From contig USTP01000001.1 of NCBI GenBank assembly GCA_900557695.1, positions 1 to 30,555 on the forward strand: a stretch of 30,555 nucleotides of DNA. The letters run 5' to 3'. This DNA is from an uncultured Thermoanaerobacterales bacterium. GTDB lineage: Bacteria; Bacillota; Clostridia; Christensenellales; UBA1242. A program made the translations under genes and the position numbers. How positions within the stretch are numbered: position 1 is the stretch's first letter; every line of letters starts with the position of its first letter. Positions 10,521 to 19,345 of the stretch are shown here, one piece after another. The notes below the pieces were generated by a model. It was not told where the DNA came from, ran no database searches, and saw only the letters and a program-made list of their open reading frames with translations.

Positions 10521-10889
10521 CTAAATTACTTCAGGCGCAAGCGAAATAATTTTCATGTAATCTTTATCACGAAGCTCACGCGCAATAGGCCCAAAAATAC
10601 GAGTTCCCTTAGGTTGCTTTTGGTTATCAATGATAACTGCAGCATTGTCGTCAAACCTTATGTAGCTACCGTCATTTCTTCTAATACCCTTAGAAGAACG
10701 AACAATAACAGCCTTAACAACATCACCCTTTTTTACAGAACCGCCAGGGATAGCCGACTTAACTGAAGCCACGATAACATCACCAATATTACCGCTCTTT
10801 CTAAGCGAGCCACCAAGAACACGGATACACATAATCTCTTTAGCGCCAGTGTTGTCAGCAACTTTAAGTCTAGTTTGTGGTTGTATCAT
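10521..10889 (-). CDS. rplN: 50S ribosomal protein L14
   Basis: [28 protein letters not shown]. Confidence 0.99.
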   Translation of the reverse strand: MIQPQTRLKVADNTGAKEIMCIRVLGGSLRKSGNIGDVIVASVKSAIPGGSVKKGDVVKAVIVRSSKGIRRNDGSYIRFDDNAAVIIDNQKQPKGTRIFGPIARELRDKDYMKIISLAPEVI

Positions 10890-10907
10890 AATCTTATCTC
10901 CTTTGGC

Positions 10908-11180
10908 CTATTTAACTTTCTCAACGATTCTAACCAAGCGCCATCTTTTGCTTTTGCTAAGAGGACGAGTTTCAGCGATTTCGACTGTGTCGCCAATATC
11001 ACATTCATTGTTCTCATCATGAGCAACGAACTTAGCAGTTTCGTTAATAGTTTTCTTATAGATTGGGTGCTTAACTTTAGAACGCACCTCAACAACAATG
11101 GTCTTGTCCATCTTGTTTGAAGAAACAACACCAATTCTTGTTTTTCTTAAATTTCTCTCTTTACTTTCAACATTTGCCAT
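10908..11180 (-). CDS. rpsQ: 30S ribosomal protein S17
   Basis: [26 protein letters not shown]. Confidence 0.99.
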   Translation of the reverse strand: MANVESKERNLRKTRIGVVSSNKMDKTIVVEVRSKVKHPIYKKTINETAKFVAHDENNECDIGDTVEIAETRPLSKSKRWRLVRIVEKVK

Positions 11181-11188
11181 ATTTCACC

Positions 11189-11440
11189 TTAACCTCTAGC
11201 CTTTTTAGCTACCTTTTTAGTCGCAGAAGATTTTTCTGGACTCTTTGCTAAACCTAGTTCTCTTTCACGAATAATTGTTTTAACCTTAGCAATGTCTTTT
11301 TTACAAGTTTTAAGAGCAAGAGGGTTAGCTAAATTGCCTGTAGCATGAGAGAAACGCAAGTTGAAAAGCTCTGCCTTTAAATCAGCAAGTTTGCTTTCAA
11401 GCTCTTTGTCTGTCATAGACGCAAAATTCTCAGCTTTCAT
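11189..11440 (-). CDS. rpmC: 50S ribosomal protein L29 (short basic C-terminal tail)
   Basis: LK.ELFNLRF..ATG.L.NP, KDIA.VKTI. Confidence 0.97.
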   Translation of the reverse strand: MKAENFASMTDKELESKLADLKAELFNLRFSHATGNLANPLALKTCKKDIAKVKTIIRERELGLAKSPEKSSATKKVAKKARG

Positions 11441-11892
11441 TATTTAACCTCCTCTTTTTTAACTTCGCTTACAGGCTCTTCAAGGTCGGCCTTTTTAACG
11501 ATTTTAACTTTGCAAGGCAACTTATGGCTAGCAAGCCTTAGCGCCTCCATTGCTGTTTCTTCCTTAACTCCACCAATTTCAAATAAAACTCTGCCTGGTT
11601 TAACAACGGCTACCCAATACTCAGGTGAACCTTTACCAGAACCCATACGAGCTTCTGCAGGGTGCTTGGTTACTGGCTTGTGAGGGAAGATGTTTATCCA
11701 AACTTGTCCACCTCTTTTTGTATATCTAGTCATAGCTATACGAGAAGCTTCAATTTGGTTAGATTTTATCCAACATGGCTCTAACGCTACCAAACCATAC
11801 TCGCCGTGAACGATTTTGTTACCACGAGTAGCTTTACCAGTCATTCTGCCACGTTGAACCTTTCTTCTTTTAACTCTTTTAGGCATCAACAT
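11440..11892 (-). CDS. rplP: 50S ribosomal protein L16
   Basis: [32 protein letters not shown]. Confidence 0.99.
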   Translation of the reverse strand: MLMPKRVKRRKVQRGRMTGKATRGNKIVHGEYGLVALEPCWIKSNQIEASRIAMTRYTKRGGQVWINIFPHKPVTKHPAEARMGSGKGSPEYWVAVVKPGRVLFEIGGVKEETAMEALRLASHKLPCKVKIVKKADLEEPVSEVKKEEVK

Positions 11893-12559
11893 GATTGTTT
11901 CCTCCTCTAGCGGTAGTGTTTAGGTTCTTTTTGCCTAAAATTTCGCCTTTATAGATCCAAACTTTAACGCCAAGAAGCCCAGAAACATGAGCCTCGGCAA
12001 AGCCATAGTCAATATCAGCCCTTAAAGTTTGAAGTGGAAGTCTGCCATCTTTATAGAACTCGCTTCTTGCGATTTCAGCGCCATCAAGACGACCACTAAG
12101 CATAATTTTAATACCTTTAACTCCAGCCTTTTGACATCTAGACAAAGCTTGCTTCATTGCACGGCGGAAACCAACACGTTGGTCTAGTTGGTTTGCAATA
12201 CTTTCAGCAACAAGTTGAGCGTCTAGGTCTGGGTTTTTAATCTCAACAACATTGATTGAAACATTTTTGCCAGTTAATTTTTCAAGTTTAGCTTTCATAG
12301 CCTCAACGCCAGCACCCTTCTGACCAATAACCATACCAGGTCTAGCAGTTTGAAGTGTTACAGTAACCTTGTTTCCAGCACTTCTTTCAATTATTGTTTT
12401 AGATATGCCACAATTTTTGTAGTCTTTTTCAATTAGATCACGAATTTTGTTGTCTTCAAGAATAAATGAAGCAAAATTTTTCTTATCTGCAAACCATTTG
12501 CTTTCCCATTCTTTGTTAACACCAACTCTCATTCCTACTGGATTAACTTTCTGTCCCAT
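11879..12559 (-). CDS. rpsC: 30S ribosomal protein S3
   Basis: [34 protein letters not shown]. Confidence 0.99.
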   Translation of the reverse strand: MGQKVNPVGMRVGVNKEWESKWFADKKNFASFILEDNKIRDLIEKDYKNCGISKTIIERSAGNKVTVTLQTARPGMVIGQKGAGVEAMKAKLEKLTGKNVSINVVEIKNPDLDAQLVAESIANQLDQRVGFRRAMKQALSRCQKAGVKGIKIMLSGRLDGAEIARSEFYKDGRLPLQTLRADIDYGFAEAHVSGLLGVKVWIYKGEILGKKNLNTTARGGNNHVDA

Positions 12560-12568
12560 ACTATCCTC

Positions 12569-12958
12569 CTACGCCTTAGCCTCGTCTAGAATTACAGTGA
12601 TGTGGCTAGTACGCTTTTTAATAGAATGCGCTCTACCCTTGCTAACTGGTTGGAACCTTTTTAAAGTTGGCCCACCATCAACAAAAGTTTCAGCAACAAT
12701 TAGGTCTGCTTTGTTAAGACCTAGATTGTTTTCAGCATTAGCCCCAGCACTTTCTAGCACCTTTAAAGTGCTTTCAGTTGCCGCATTTGGCATGTTCTTT
12801 AAGATTGCAACAGCATCTTCATACTTTTTGCCACGAATTTGGTCTAACACTATTCTAACCTTAGAAGGAGAAATTCTAATATATTTAGCAACGGCTTTAG
12901 CGCGTCTGTCGGCGTTTTCTTGCCTTTTAGCTGTTTTTTCACGGATTCTAGTTGCCAT
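12569..12958 (-). CDS. rplV: 50S ribosomal protein L22
   Basis: RISP.KVR.V.D.IRGK, ANAENN, KRTSHITV. Confidence 0.98.
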   Translation of the reverse strand: MATRIREKTAKRQENADRRAKAVAKYIRISPSKVRIVLDQIRGKKYEDAVAILKNMPNAATESTLKVLESAGANAENNLGLNKADLIVAETFVDGGPTLKRFQPVSKGRAHSIKKRTSHITVILDEAKA

Positions 12959-13242
12959 TATTTCTTGCCTCCTTTAGTTGTCTTAGCGCCCTTGTGCCCC
13001 TTAAATGTTCTAGTTGGAGCAAATTCACCAAGCTTATAACCAACCATTTCAGAGGTGATATAAACAGGAACATGCTTTCTTCCATCATACACACCAATGG
13101 TATGACCAACCATTGAAGGGATAATTGTTGACGCACGCGACCATGTTTTAACAACATGTTTTTCATTTGATTCATTCATCGCATCAATCTTTTTAACAAG
13201 ACTTTCTGCAACGAAAGGACCTTTTTTTACACTTCTACTCAT
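12958..13242 (-). CDS. rpsS: 30S ribosomal protein S19
   Basis: [25 protein letters not shown]. Confidence 0.99.
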   Translation of the reverse strand: MSRSVKKGPFVAESLVKKIDAMNESNEKHVVKTWSRASTIIPSMVGHTIGVYDGRKHVPVYITSEMVGYKLGEFAPTRTFKGHKGAKTTKGGKK

Positions 13243-13253
13243 ATCTTCCTCTC

Positions 13254-14081
13254 CTAATTAACTCGTTTAACAATAAACTTGTCGGTTGTATTTTTCTTTT
13301 TACGAGTCTTATAACCCATTGCAGGTTTACCCCAAGGAGTCATAGGACCAGCATGACCAACTGGCGACTTACCTTCACCACCACCATGAGGGTGATCAAC
13401 TGGGTTCATGGCAGAACCACGAACGGTAGGTCTAACGCCCATATGACGCTTTCTACCAGCCTTACCAAGTGAAACAATTTCATGTTCAACATTGCCAACT
13501 TGACCTAGCGTTGCACGGCAAGTTACAAGAACCTTTCTCATTTCACCTGATGGCATACGAAGAGTTGCATATTTCCCTTCTTTTGCCATGTATTGTGCAG
13601 AAATACCTGCACTTCTAGCGATTTGACCGCCACGACCTGGATGAAACTCAATGTTGTGAACAACAGAACCAACTGGAATATTGTCTAGTGGAAGCGTGTT
13701 ACCAACTTTGATTTCAGCATTTGCACCGCTCATAACAGTGTCGCCAACATTAAGGCCAACTGGAGCCAAAATGTATCTCTTTTCACCATCTGCGTAGTTA
13801 AGTAGTGCTATGTAGGCAGTTCTATTTGGATCATATTCAATGCTAGCAACTTTAGCAGGAATATTGTCTTTATTGCGTTTAAAATCTATAATTCTATATT
13901 TTTGACGATTTCCACCACCAATATGGCGAACTGTTAATCTACCAGTATTGTTTCTTCCGCCTGTTTTGCTTTTTGTTGCAAGCAAAGATTTTTCAGGTTT
14001 TGTAGTGGTTATTTCATCAAAGGAAGCTGTGGTCTTTCCTCTTTGACCAGCAGTTGTCGGCTTATATCTTTTTAGTGCCAT
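13254..14081 (-). CDS. rplB: 50S ribosomal protein L2
   Basis: [26 protein letters not shown]. Confidence 0.99.
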   Translation of the reverse strand: MALKRYKPTTAGQRGKTTASFDEITTTKPEKSLLATKSKTGGRNNTGRLTVRHIGGGNRQKYRIIDFKRNKDNIPAKVASIEYDPNRTAYIALLNYADGEKRYILAPVGLNVGDTVMSGANAEIKVGNTLPLDNIPVGSVVHNIEFHPGRGGQIARSAGISAQYMAKEGKYATLRMPSGEMRKVLVTCRATLGQVGNVEHEIVSLGKAGRKRHMGVRPTVRGSAMNPVDHPHGGGEGKSPVGHAGPMTPWGKPAMGYKTRKKKNTTDKFIVKRVN

Positions 14082-14099
14082 AGTTTACTCTCCCTTCTA

Positions 14100-14390
14100 T
14101 TATGATAAGCTATCAAAGAACTCAATAGATTTGCTATCGCTAGTTAATTGAACAATAGCCTTTTTGTATGACCCAGTAAGTCCTTCGTGCCTTCCTTGTC
14201 TTTTAATTTTACCGTAAACATTAGAGATGTTCACGCTCTCAACCTTAACTTTGAAGATTTCTTCAATTGCTTTCTTGATTTGAGTTTTGTTTGCACTTTT
14301 TGCAACCTCAAAAGTATACTTTTTGTTTGCAATGTCTTGATAACTCTTTTCAGAAAGCACAGGTCTAATAATAATGTCGTGTGCTACCAT
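14100..14390 (-). CDS. rplW: 50S ribosomal protein L23
   Basis: P.LSEKS, Y.FEV...ANK.QIK.A.E.IF.VKV, KKAIV.L; ATG overlaps rplD stop (TAATG). Confidence 0.97.
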   Translation of the reverse strand: MVAHDIIIRPVLSEKSYQDIANKKYTFEVAKSANKTQIKKAIEEIFKVKVESVNISNVYGKIKRQGRHEGLTGSYKKAIVQLTSDSKSIEFFDSLS

Positions 14391-15010
14391 TATTTGCAAG
14401 CCTCCTCGATAAATTTGATAGCTTCTTTTGTTACAAGAAGTTTATCAGAAACAACTATGTCGTATGTGCAAAGCTGGTCGACAGTTGTAACAGAAACATT
14501 TGGAATGTTTCTAGCAGATAAAACAACATTTTCGTCATTCTTAGCTGTTACAATAGTTGTTCTCTTATCTAGCTTCAAAGCGCTTAAAATGTCTACCATT
14601 TCGCTTGTTTTAGGAGCCTTAAAGTTAAGCTCGTCTACAACAATTAAGCATTTTTCAGCCAAACAGGTTGAGATTGCGCTAACAAAAGCAGCTCTTTTCA
14701 TTTGCTTGTTAACTTTCTTAGAGAAATCTCTTGGTTTTGGCGCAAACACAACGCCACCTTTAATCCATTGTGGAGCACGGATAGAGCCCTGACGAGCATT
14801 TCCTGTTCCCTTCTGGCGCCATGGCTTTCTTCCACCACCACGAACTTCAGTTCTAGTTAGTGTGCTCTTTGTGCCTTGACGCTGATTTGCTAAATATGCA
14901 ACGATAACTTGATGGATAAGTGCCTCATTGTATGGAGCTTTAAAAACTTCATCAGCTAGAGATACTTTGCCAACTTCTTCGCCCTTTATGTTAAAAACTT
15001 TAGTCTGCAT
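14390..15010 (-). CDS. rplD: 50S ribosomal protein L4
   Basis: RQGT.ST.TR.EVRGGGRKPWRQKGTGNARQGS. Confidence 0.99.
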   Translation of the reverse strand: MQTKVFNIKGEEVGKVSLADEVFKAPYNEALIHQVIVAYLANQRQGTKSTLTRTEVRGGGRKPWRQKGTGNARQGSIRAPQWIKGGVVFAPKPRDFSKKVNKQMKRAAFVSAISTCLAEKCLIVVDELNFKAPKTSEMVDILSALKLDKRTTIVTAKNDENVVLSARNIPNVSVTTVDQLCTYDIVVSDKLLVTKEAIKFIEEACK

Positions 15011-15027
15011 TATTTTCTCCTCCCGCC

Positions 15028-15657
15028 TTACGCCTTAACTGCAGAGCAGATAGTAACAACAGAACCTTTCGCACCAGGGATTGCACCTTTAATAAGCAGA
15101 AGATTTCTTTCAGTATCTACTTTTGCAATTTCAAGATTTTGAATAGTAACCTTTTCGTTACCATATTGGCCAGGTAGCTTTCTGTTTTTGAAAACTCTAG
15201 ATGGGTCTGAGTTTGCAGAAAGTGAACCAGGCTCTCTGTGTACAGGACCTGTACCGTGTGTCATCTTAAGCCTGTGGAAATTCCAACGCTTAATAACACC
15301 TGTAAAACCTCTACCTTTGGTGTAGCCAGAAACGTCTACCTTATCGCCCTCTTTGAAAACATCACATTTAATCTCGTTTCCAAGCGCCAAACCTTCGGTT
15401 GGGATTTTAAACTCTTTTAAATACTTTTTAGGTGAAACATTTGCCTTTTTAAGGTGACCTGCTTCCGCCTTGGTAAGCTTGCTTTCTTTTGTGTCTACAA
15501 ACGCAAGCTGAACTGAACTATAACCATCTTTTTCAACAGTTTTAATTTGTGAAACTTGGCATGGGCCAGCTTCTACTACTGTTACAGGCACAACTTGTCC
15601 AGAGGTTGTAAAAATCTGAGACATGCCAATTTTTTTGCCGAGTATTGCTTTATCCAT
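15028..15657 (-). CDS. rplC: 50S ribosomal protein L3
   Basis: G.KIGMSQ, PVTV, KG.GF.GVIKRW, KGA.PG. Confidence 0.99.
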   Translation of the reverse strand: MDKAILGKKIGMSQIFTTSGQVVPVTVVEAGPCQVSQIKTVEKDGYSSVQLAFVDTKESKLTKAEAGHLKKANVSPKKYLKEFKIPTEGLALGNEIKCDVFKEGDKVDVSGYTKGRGFTGVIKRWNFHRLKMTHGTGPVHREPGSLSANSDPSRVFKNRKLPGQYGNEKVTIQNLEIAKVDTERNLLLIKGAIPGAKGSVVTICSAVKA

Positions 15658-15677
15658 AATTTTTCTCCCCTCTTTCC

Positions 15678-15986
15678 TTATAATTTAATATTGATATCAA
15701 CGCCAGCTGGAAGGTCGATCTTCATTAAAGAGTCTACCGTTTTAGCAGATGGGTTATAAATATCAATAACTCTTTTGTGTGTTCTAATTTCAAATTGTTC
15801 TCTTGAATCTTTGTCTTTATGAACTGAACGAAGAATAGTTACAATCTCTTTCTCAGTAGGCATTGGGACAGGCCCCGATACCTTAGCTCCTGCTCTTTTA
15901 GCAGTTTCCACAATTCTTGCAGCAGATTCATCAACAAGGTTGTGGTCGTAAGCTTTAAGCTTAATTCTAATTTTTTGTGTTGCCAT
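15678..15986 (-). CDS. rpsJ: 30S ribosomal protein S10
   Basis: [26 protein letters not shown]. Confidence 0.99.
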   Translation of the reverse strand: MATQKIRIKLKAYDHNLVDESAARIVETAKRAGAKVSGPVPMPTEKEIVTILRSVHKDKDSREQFEIRTHKRVIDIYNPSAKTVDSLMKIDLPAGVDINIKL

Positions 15987-16173
15987 TTGTTACCTCCAAG
16001 TAAAATAGTTAAGTGGCCGACTGTTTCACAAACCCTTTGTCACATTTATCGTCTTTAGGTTAACACAACTAAAGTGAAACACCACTCGCTCGAAATCTAT
16101 GCTCGAACTTGTCCGCAGAAGTTATCCCAATCAAGGCTCATGGGTAACCTTCCACATCCTCCCATACTGTGAC
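15987..16173 (-). promoter_or_regulatory. ~187-nt structured 5' leader of the S10 operon (resembles the Clostridial S10 r-leader)
   Basis: Lies between the consensus promoter and rpsJ; GC-richer than flanks; GGAAGGUUACCC pairs with GGGAUAACUUCU, GUUCGAG with UUCGAGC, UGUUUCAC with GUGAAACA; family match from memory only. Confidence 0.65.
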
Positions 16174-16179
16174 CATGTT

Positions 16180-16208
16180 ATTATACTAAACACACGGGTG
16201 CGTGTCAA
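16180..16208 (-). promoter_or_regulatory. Sigma-A promoter of the S10 operon
   Basis: Perfect TTGACA-17 bp-TATAAT with A/T-rich upstream region. Confidence 0.9.
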
Positions 16209-16381
16209 GGGTTTTTTTATTTTTTTTCATACAAATTTACATAAAAAATGTTTTGAAAAATTAATATAAATGAATTATTTTTCTTTAAAGTTCCTAACTT
16301 ATTTCGTTTATATATACTATTTATAAAATCAATAACTACTCTATAAAAAACATAATGAAGCAAACAAAATAAAAATTAGGC

Positions 16382-16420
16382 AAATAAATATCCACCAGCC
16401 AAGCTGGTGGATATTTATTT
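16382..16420. terminator. Strong stem-loop, probable (bidirectional) intrinsic terminator downstream of rplA
   Basis: Perfect 18-bp inverted repeat AAATAAATATCCACCAGC-caa-GCTGGTGGATATTTATTT. Confidence 0.75.
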
Positions 16421-16470
16421 TATTTTTACCTTTAGATGCCTAAAATTCGCAAAATCCGTTTCCCCTCACT

Positions 16471-16778
16471 CTACCCTTTAAAAGGCGAAGGCTAGCGTTT
16501 AGAAGAAAAACAAAGAACGGCAATTTGTTCCATACATTGTAAGGGCATAGGCAAGCGTATATAAGAAGAAACCAAAAAAAATTGTTTCATAGTGTCTACC
16601 CTTTAGACGGCGAACGCAAGCCACTATAACAAAGAAACAAAAAAATTGCTTTTACTACTCTATCCTTTAAAGGGCATAGGCAAGCGTATATAAGAAGAAA
16701 TCAAAAAAAATTGTTTCATAGTGTCTACCCTTTAGACGGCGAAGAAATGTGCAATAACAAAGAAACAAAAAAATTGCT
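16471..16778. repeat. Degenerate tandem array of ~60-65-bp units (129-bp dimer period) related to the left arm of the palindromic element
   Basis: Unit starts at ~16471, 16531, 16596, 16660, 16725; 16541-16614 vs 16670-16743 match at 73/74; 16627-16650 equals 16755-16778. Confidence 0.9.
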
Positions 16779-16862
16779 AGGCTGGCTCGTATTTACATAC
16801 GACTGCCTGTCTAGCAATTTTTAAGTTTCTACAGTTAGTGTGCGTTTATTCGCCGTCTAAAG
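16730..16862. mobile_element. Complete imperfect palindrome, MITE/ERIC-like, overlapping the rplA stop
   Basis: 14-bp terminal inverted repeat CTTTAGACGGCGAA/TTCGCCGTCTAAAG; TA-to-TA span 16733-16859 = 127 bp; pairing continues to a TTAC loop; second copy at window start. Mobility is inferred. Confidence 0.7.
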
Positions 16863-17537
16863 TTTGATTTTGATACCAGGCCCCATACTCGCTGCCACCG
16901 ACACACTTCTTAAATAGGTTCCTTTAGCAGCTTGTGGTTTTGCTTTAACAATAGCATCAATCAAAGTGTCTAAGTTCTCTTGAAGCTTTTCAACACCAAA
17001 GCTCTTTTTACCAATAACACAGTGAATAATACCATATTTATCAAGCCTATACTCAACTTTACCAGCTTTAATATCTTTAATAGCTTTAGCAACATCTGGA
17101 GTAACAGTTCCACTCTTAGGGTTTGGCATTAAACCACGAGGTCCTAGAATTCTAGCAATTCTACCAACTAGGCCCATCATGTCTGGAGTTGTTACGCAGG
17201 CATCAAAGCCTAGCCAGTTCTCTTTCATAATTTTATCAATTATTTCTTCTGCGCCAACAAAGTCTGCCCCTTCAGCCTTAGCGATTTCAGCCTTGTCGCC
17301 TTTAGCGATAACTAAAACCTTTTTTTCTTTACCTGTTCCATTAGGAAGAACAATAGAACCACGAACCTGCTGATCAGCATTCTTAGGGTCTACGCCAAGC
17401 TTAACATGAACTTCAATGCTTTCATCGAAGTTTGCCTTAGCTGTTTCAATAGCAAGAGCAAGCCCCTCGGCAGGATCATAAATTTTATTCTTTTCAAACT
17501 TCTCTAAAGAAGCTTTATATTTTTTACCACGAAACAT
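16857..17537 (-). CDS. rplA: 50S ribosomal protein L1
   Basis: [39 protein letters not shown]. Confidence 0.99.
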   Translation of the reverse strand: MFRGKKYKASLEKFEKNKIYDPAEGLALAIETAKANFDESIEVHVKLGVDPKNADQQVRGSIVLPNGTGKEKKVLVIAKGDKAEIAKAEGADFVGAEEIIDKIMKENWLGFDACVTTPDMMGLVGRIARILGPRGLMPNPKSGTVTPDVAKAIKDIKAGKVEYRLDKYGIIHCVIGKKSFGVEKLQENLDTLIDAIVKAKPQAAKGTYLRSVSVAASMGPGIKIKL

Positions 17538-17551
17538 ACTTATGCCCTCCC

Positions 17552-17983
17552 TTAATCTACAACAGTAACGCCCATAGAGCGTGCTGTTCCTTCAATCATC
17601 TTCATAGCAGCCTCAACACTTGAAGCATTAAGGTCTGGCATTTTGGTTTCCGCAATTTTGCGAACCTGCTCTTTAGTGATTTTTCCGACTTTTTGTGTGT
17701 TTGGTTTACCACTACCTGATTCAAGCCCTATCGCCTTTTTAATTAGAACTGCAGCTGGTGGAGTTTTAAGAACGAAAGTAAATGAACGGTCTTGATAAAT
17801 TGTCATCTCAACAGGGATAACAAATCCTTCTTGAGAAGCTGTTTTCTCGTTAAACTCTTTAACGAAAGCTGGAATATTGATACCATGAGGACCAAGCGAA
17901 GAACCTACAGGAGGGCCTGCGGTTGCTTTACCAGCTTGAAGTTGAAGTTTAACAACTGCTGTTATTTTTTTAACTGGTGCCAT
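17552..17983 (-). CDS. rplK: 50S ribosomal protein L11
   Basis: KLQ..AGKA..PPVG, KTPPA, I.GTARSMG. Confidence 0.99.
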   Translation of the reverse strand: MAPVKKITAVVKLQLQAGKATAGPPVGSSLGPHGINIPAFVKEFNEKTASQEGFVIPVEMTIYQDRSFTFVLKTPPAAVLIKKAIGLESGSGKPNTQKVGKITKEQVRKIAETKMPDLNASSVEAAMKMIEGTARSMGVTVVD

Positions 17984-18007
17984 AATTTTCTCCTTTATAG
18001 TTTATTC

Positions 18008-18050
18008 TGTGGTGCATTTGTGAGGCATACAAAAATTTACCTCTCCCACA
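18008..18050 (-). promoter_or_regulatory. L1-binding autoregulatory leader upstream of rplK
   Basis: GUGGGAGAGG...CCUC...ACCAC helix-internal loop pattern typical of the L1 target, just before the rplK SD. Confidence 0.75.
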
Positions 18051-18188
18051 TATTTCAATTTTAAAATTCAAATTTTCCTAATCAAAATTTGTTTTTTAAA
18101 ATTAAAAACCAATTTTTCCACCAATATTGGTGACAACTAGCCCAAAGGACTACACCTTAGGGCAAACACATAAAAGCCAAATAGGCTT

Positions 18189-18719
18189 CTAAATTACTTC
18201 AATTTGAGCAAAGTCTAGGTCTACTGGAGTTTGCCTACCAAACATTTCAACAGAAACTTTGCATTTTTGGTTTGCAGAGTCTACCGATAAAACATCACCC
18301 ACAAACCCCTCAAGTGGCCCAGAAATAACTTTAACCTTGTTTCCAACATCAACCTTAAGGTCGACCACTATCTTTTCTAGCCTCATTTTGCGAACCTCAT
18401 CATCGTTAAGAGGCAAAGGTCTGCCCGCAGGGCCAACAAAGCCAGTAACACCGCGGGTGTTAACAATAGTGTGCCACAAATTATCTGTATAACGCATTTT
18501 TATAAGCACATAACAAGGAAACTTCTTGCGTTCTACTACTTTCTTCTTGCCATTTTTCTCTTCAATAGCTTCTTCCATAGGAACTTTAACTTCAACAATA
18601 TAGTCTTGAAGATTATTGTTTTCTATGGTTTTATATAGGTTATCTCGCACCATGCTTTCATATCCAGAATATGTGTGCAAAACATACCACTTAGGTTCTT
18701 CATTCAAAACATTATCCAT
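18189..18719 (-). CDS. nusG: Transcription termination/antitermination factor NusG
   Basis: WYVLHTYSGYE, FP.YV, T.GVTGFVG, KOW V.VISGP..GF.G, MFGR.TPV. Confidence 0.99.
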   Translation of the reverse strand: MDNVLNEEPKWYVLHTYSGYESMVRDNLYKTIENNNLQDYIVEVKVPMEEAIEEKNGKKKVVERKKFPCYVLIKMRYTDNLWHTIVNTRGVTGFVGPAGRPLPLNDDEVRKMRLEKIVVDLKVDVGNKVKVISGPLEGFVGDVLSVDSANQKCKVSVEMFGRQTPVDLDFAQIEVI

Positions 18720-18746
18720 AAAATTATCCTTTAAAAAGCCAAGATT

Positions 18747-19034
18747 TTAAATATTTGTAATAAGCCTTAGTAGCCATGAAAGAAGGCTGTCTATTCCAAG
18801 CGTGACAAGCATAAACAACAAAACCACAGAAATAACCATACCTGTTTGTTTCATTGTTTTTCCAAAAGATGGCCAAGAAACCTTTTTAAGCTCACTCATT
18901 GTTTCCTTAGTTCTAGAGCGCTTTTGTTCTTTGTTTTTAGAAGCCTTGCTAGCTTTAGCTTTCTTTTGTTTCTTATCTTCCTTTTCTTTTATTTCAGTAG
19001 TACCATTTGCAAGAGTTTTCTCTACTTTTGCCAC
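18747..19034 (-). CDS. secE: Preprotein translocase subunit SecE
   Basis: ELKKVSWP motif followed by one TM helix; between rpmG and nusG. Confidence 0.95.
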   Translation of the reverse strand: MAKVEKTLANGTTEIKEKEDKKQKKAKASKASKNKEQKRSRTKETMSELKKVSWPSFGKTMKQTGMVISVVLLFMLVTLGIDSLLSWLLRLITNI

Positions 19035-19058
19035 AATCTATCTCCCGATTATAAAATT

Positions 19059-19208
19059 TTATTTTGTTTCTTTATGAACGGTGTGCTTTTTGCAGAATCT
19101 ACAATACTTTGTTAATTGAATTCTGTCTGGATCGTTTTTCTTATTTTTATAATTATCGTAGTTTCTTTGTTTGCATTCTGTGCATTCAAGCGTTATCTTG
19201 GTTCTCAT
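19059..19208 (-). CDS. rpmG: 50S ribosomal protein L33 (49 aa, Zn-binding; not in ORF track)
   Basis: Hand translation [56 protein letters not shown]. Confidence 0.98.
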   Translation of the reverse strand: MRTKITLECTECKQRNYDNYKNKKNDPDRIQLTKYCRFCKKHTVHKETK

Positions 19209-19257
19209 AAAAATTTCTCCTAAAAAATTAACACCTACGCAAGGTTGGTGCGCTAGT

Positions 19258-19287
19258 ATAATAACACACGGGTCCGTTGCCTGTCAA
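19258..19287 (-). promoter_or_regulatory. Sigma-A promoter of the rpmG-secE-nusG operon
   Basis: TTGACA-18 bp-TATTAT with extended TG. Confidence 0.7.
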
Positions 19288-19345
19288 GTGGGATTTTATA
19301 TTATTTTTGATTTTTTAACCTAATTTTTTTTGACATTTAAGCAAA

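Noticed and set aside
16471..16778. CRISPR array interpretation of the tandem units
   Set aside because: Repeats are degenerate, the variable blocks are short and partly duplicated, no cas genes are nearby, and the units match the arm of a dispersed palindrome.
274..19115. Numerous + strand and alternate-frame ORFs overlapping ribosomal genes (e.g. 2969-3589, 6807-7346, 12447-12977, 14187-14792)
   Set aside because: They are antisense or out-of-frame shadows of conserved genes, with no recognisable motifs or initiation signals.
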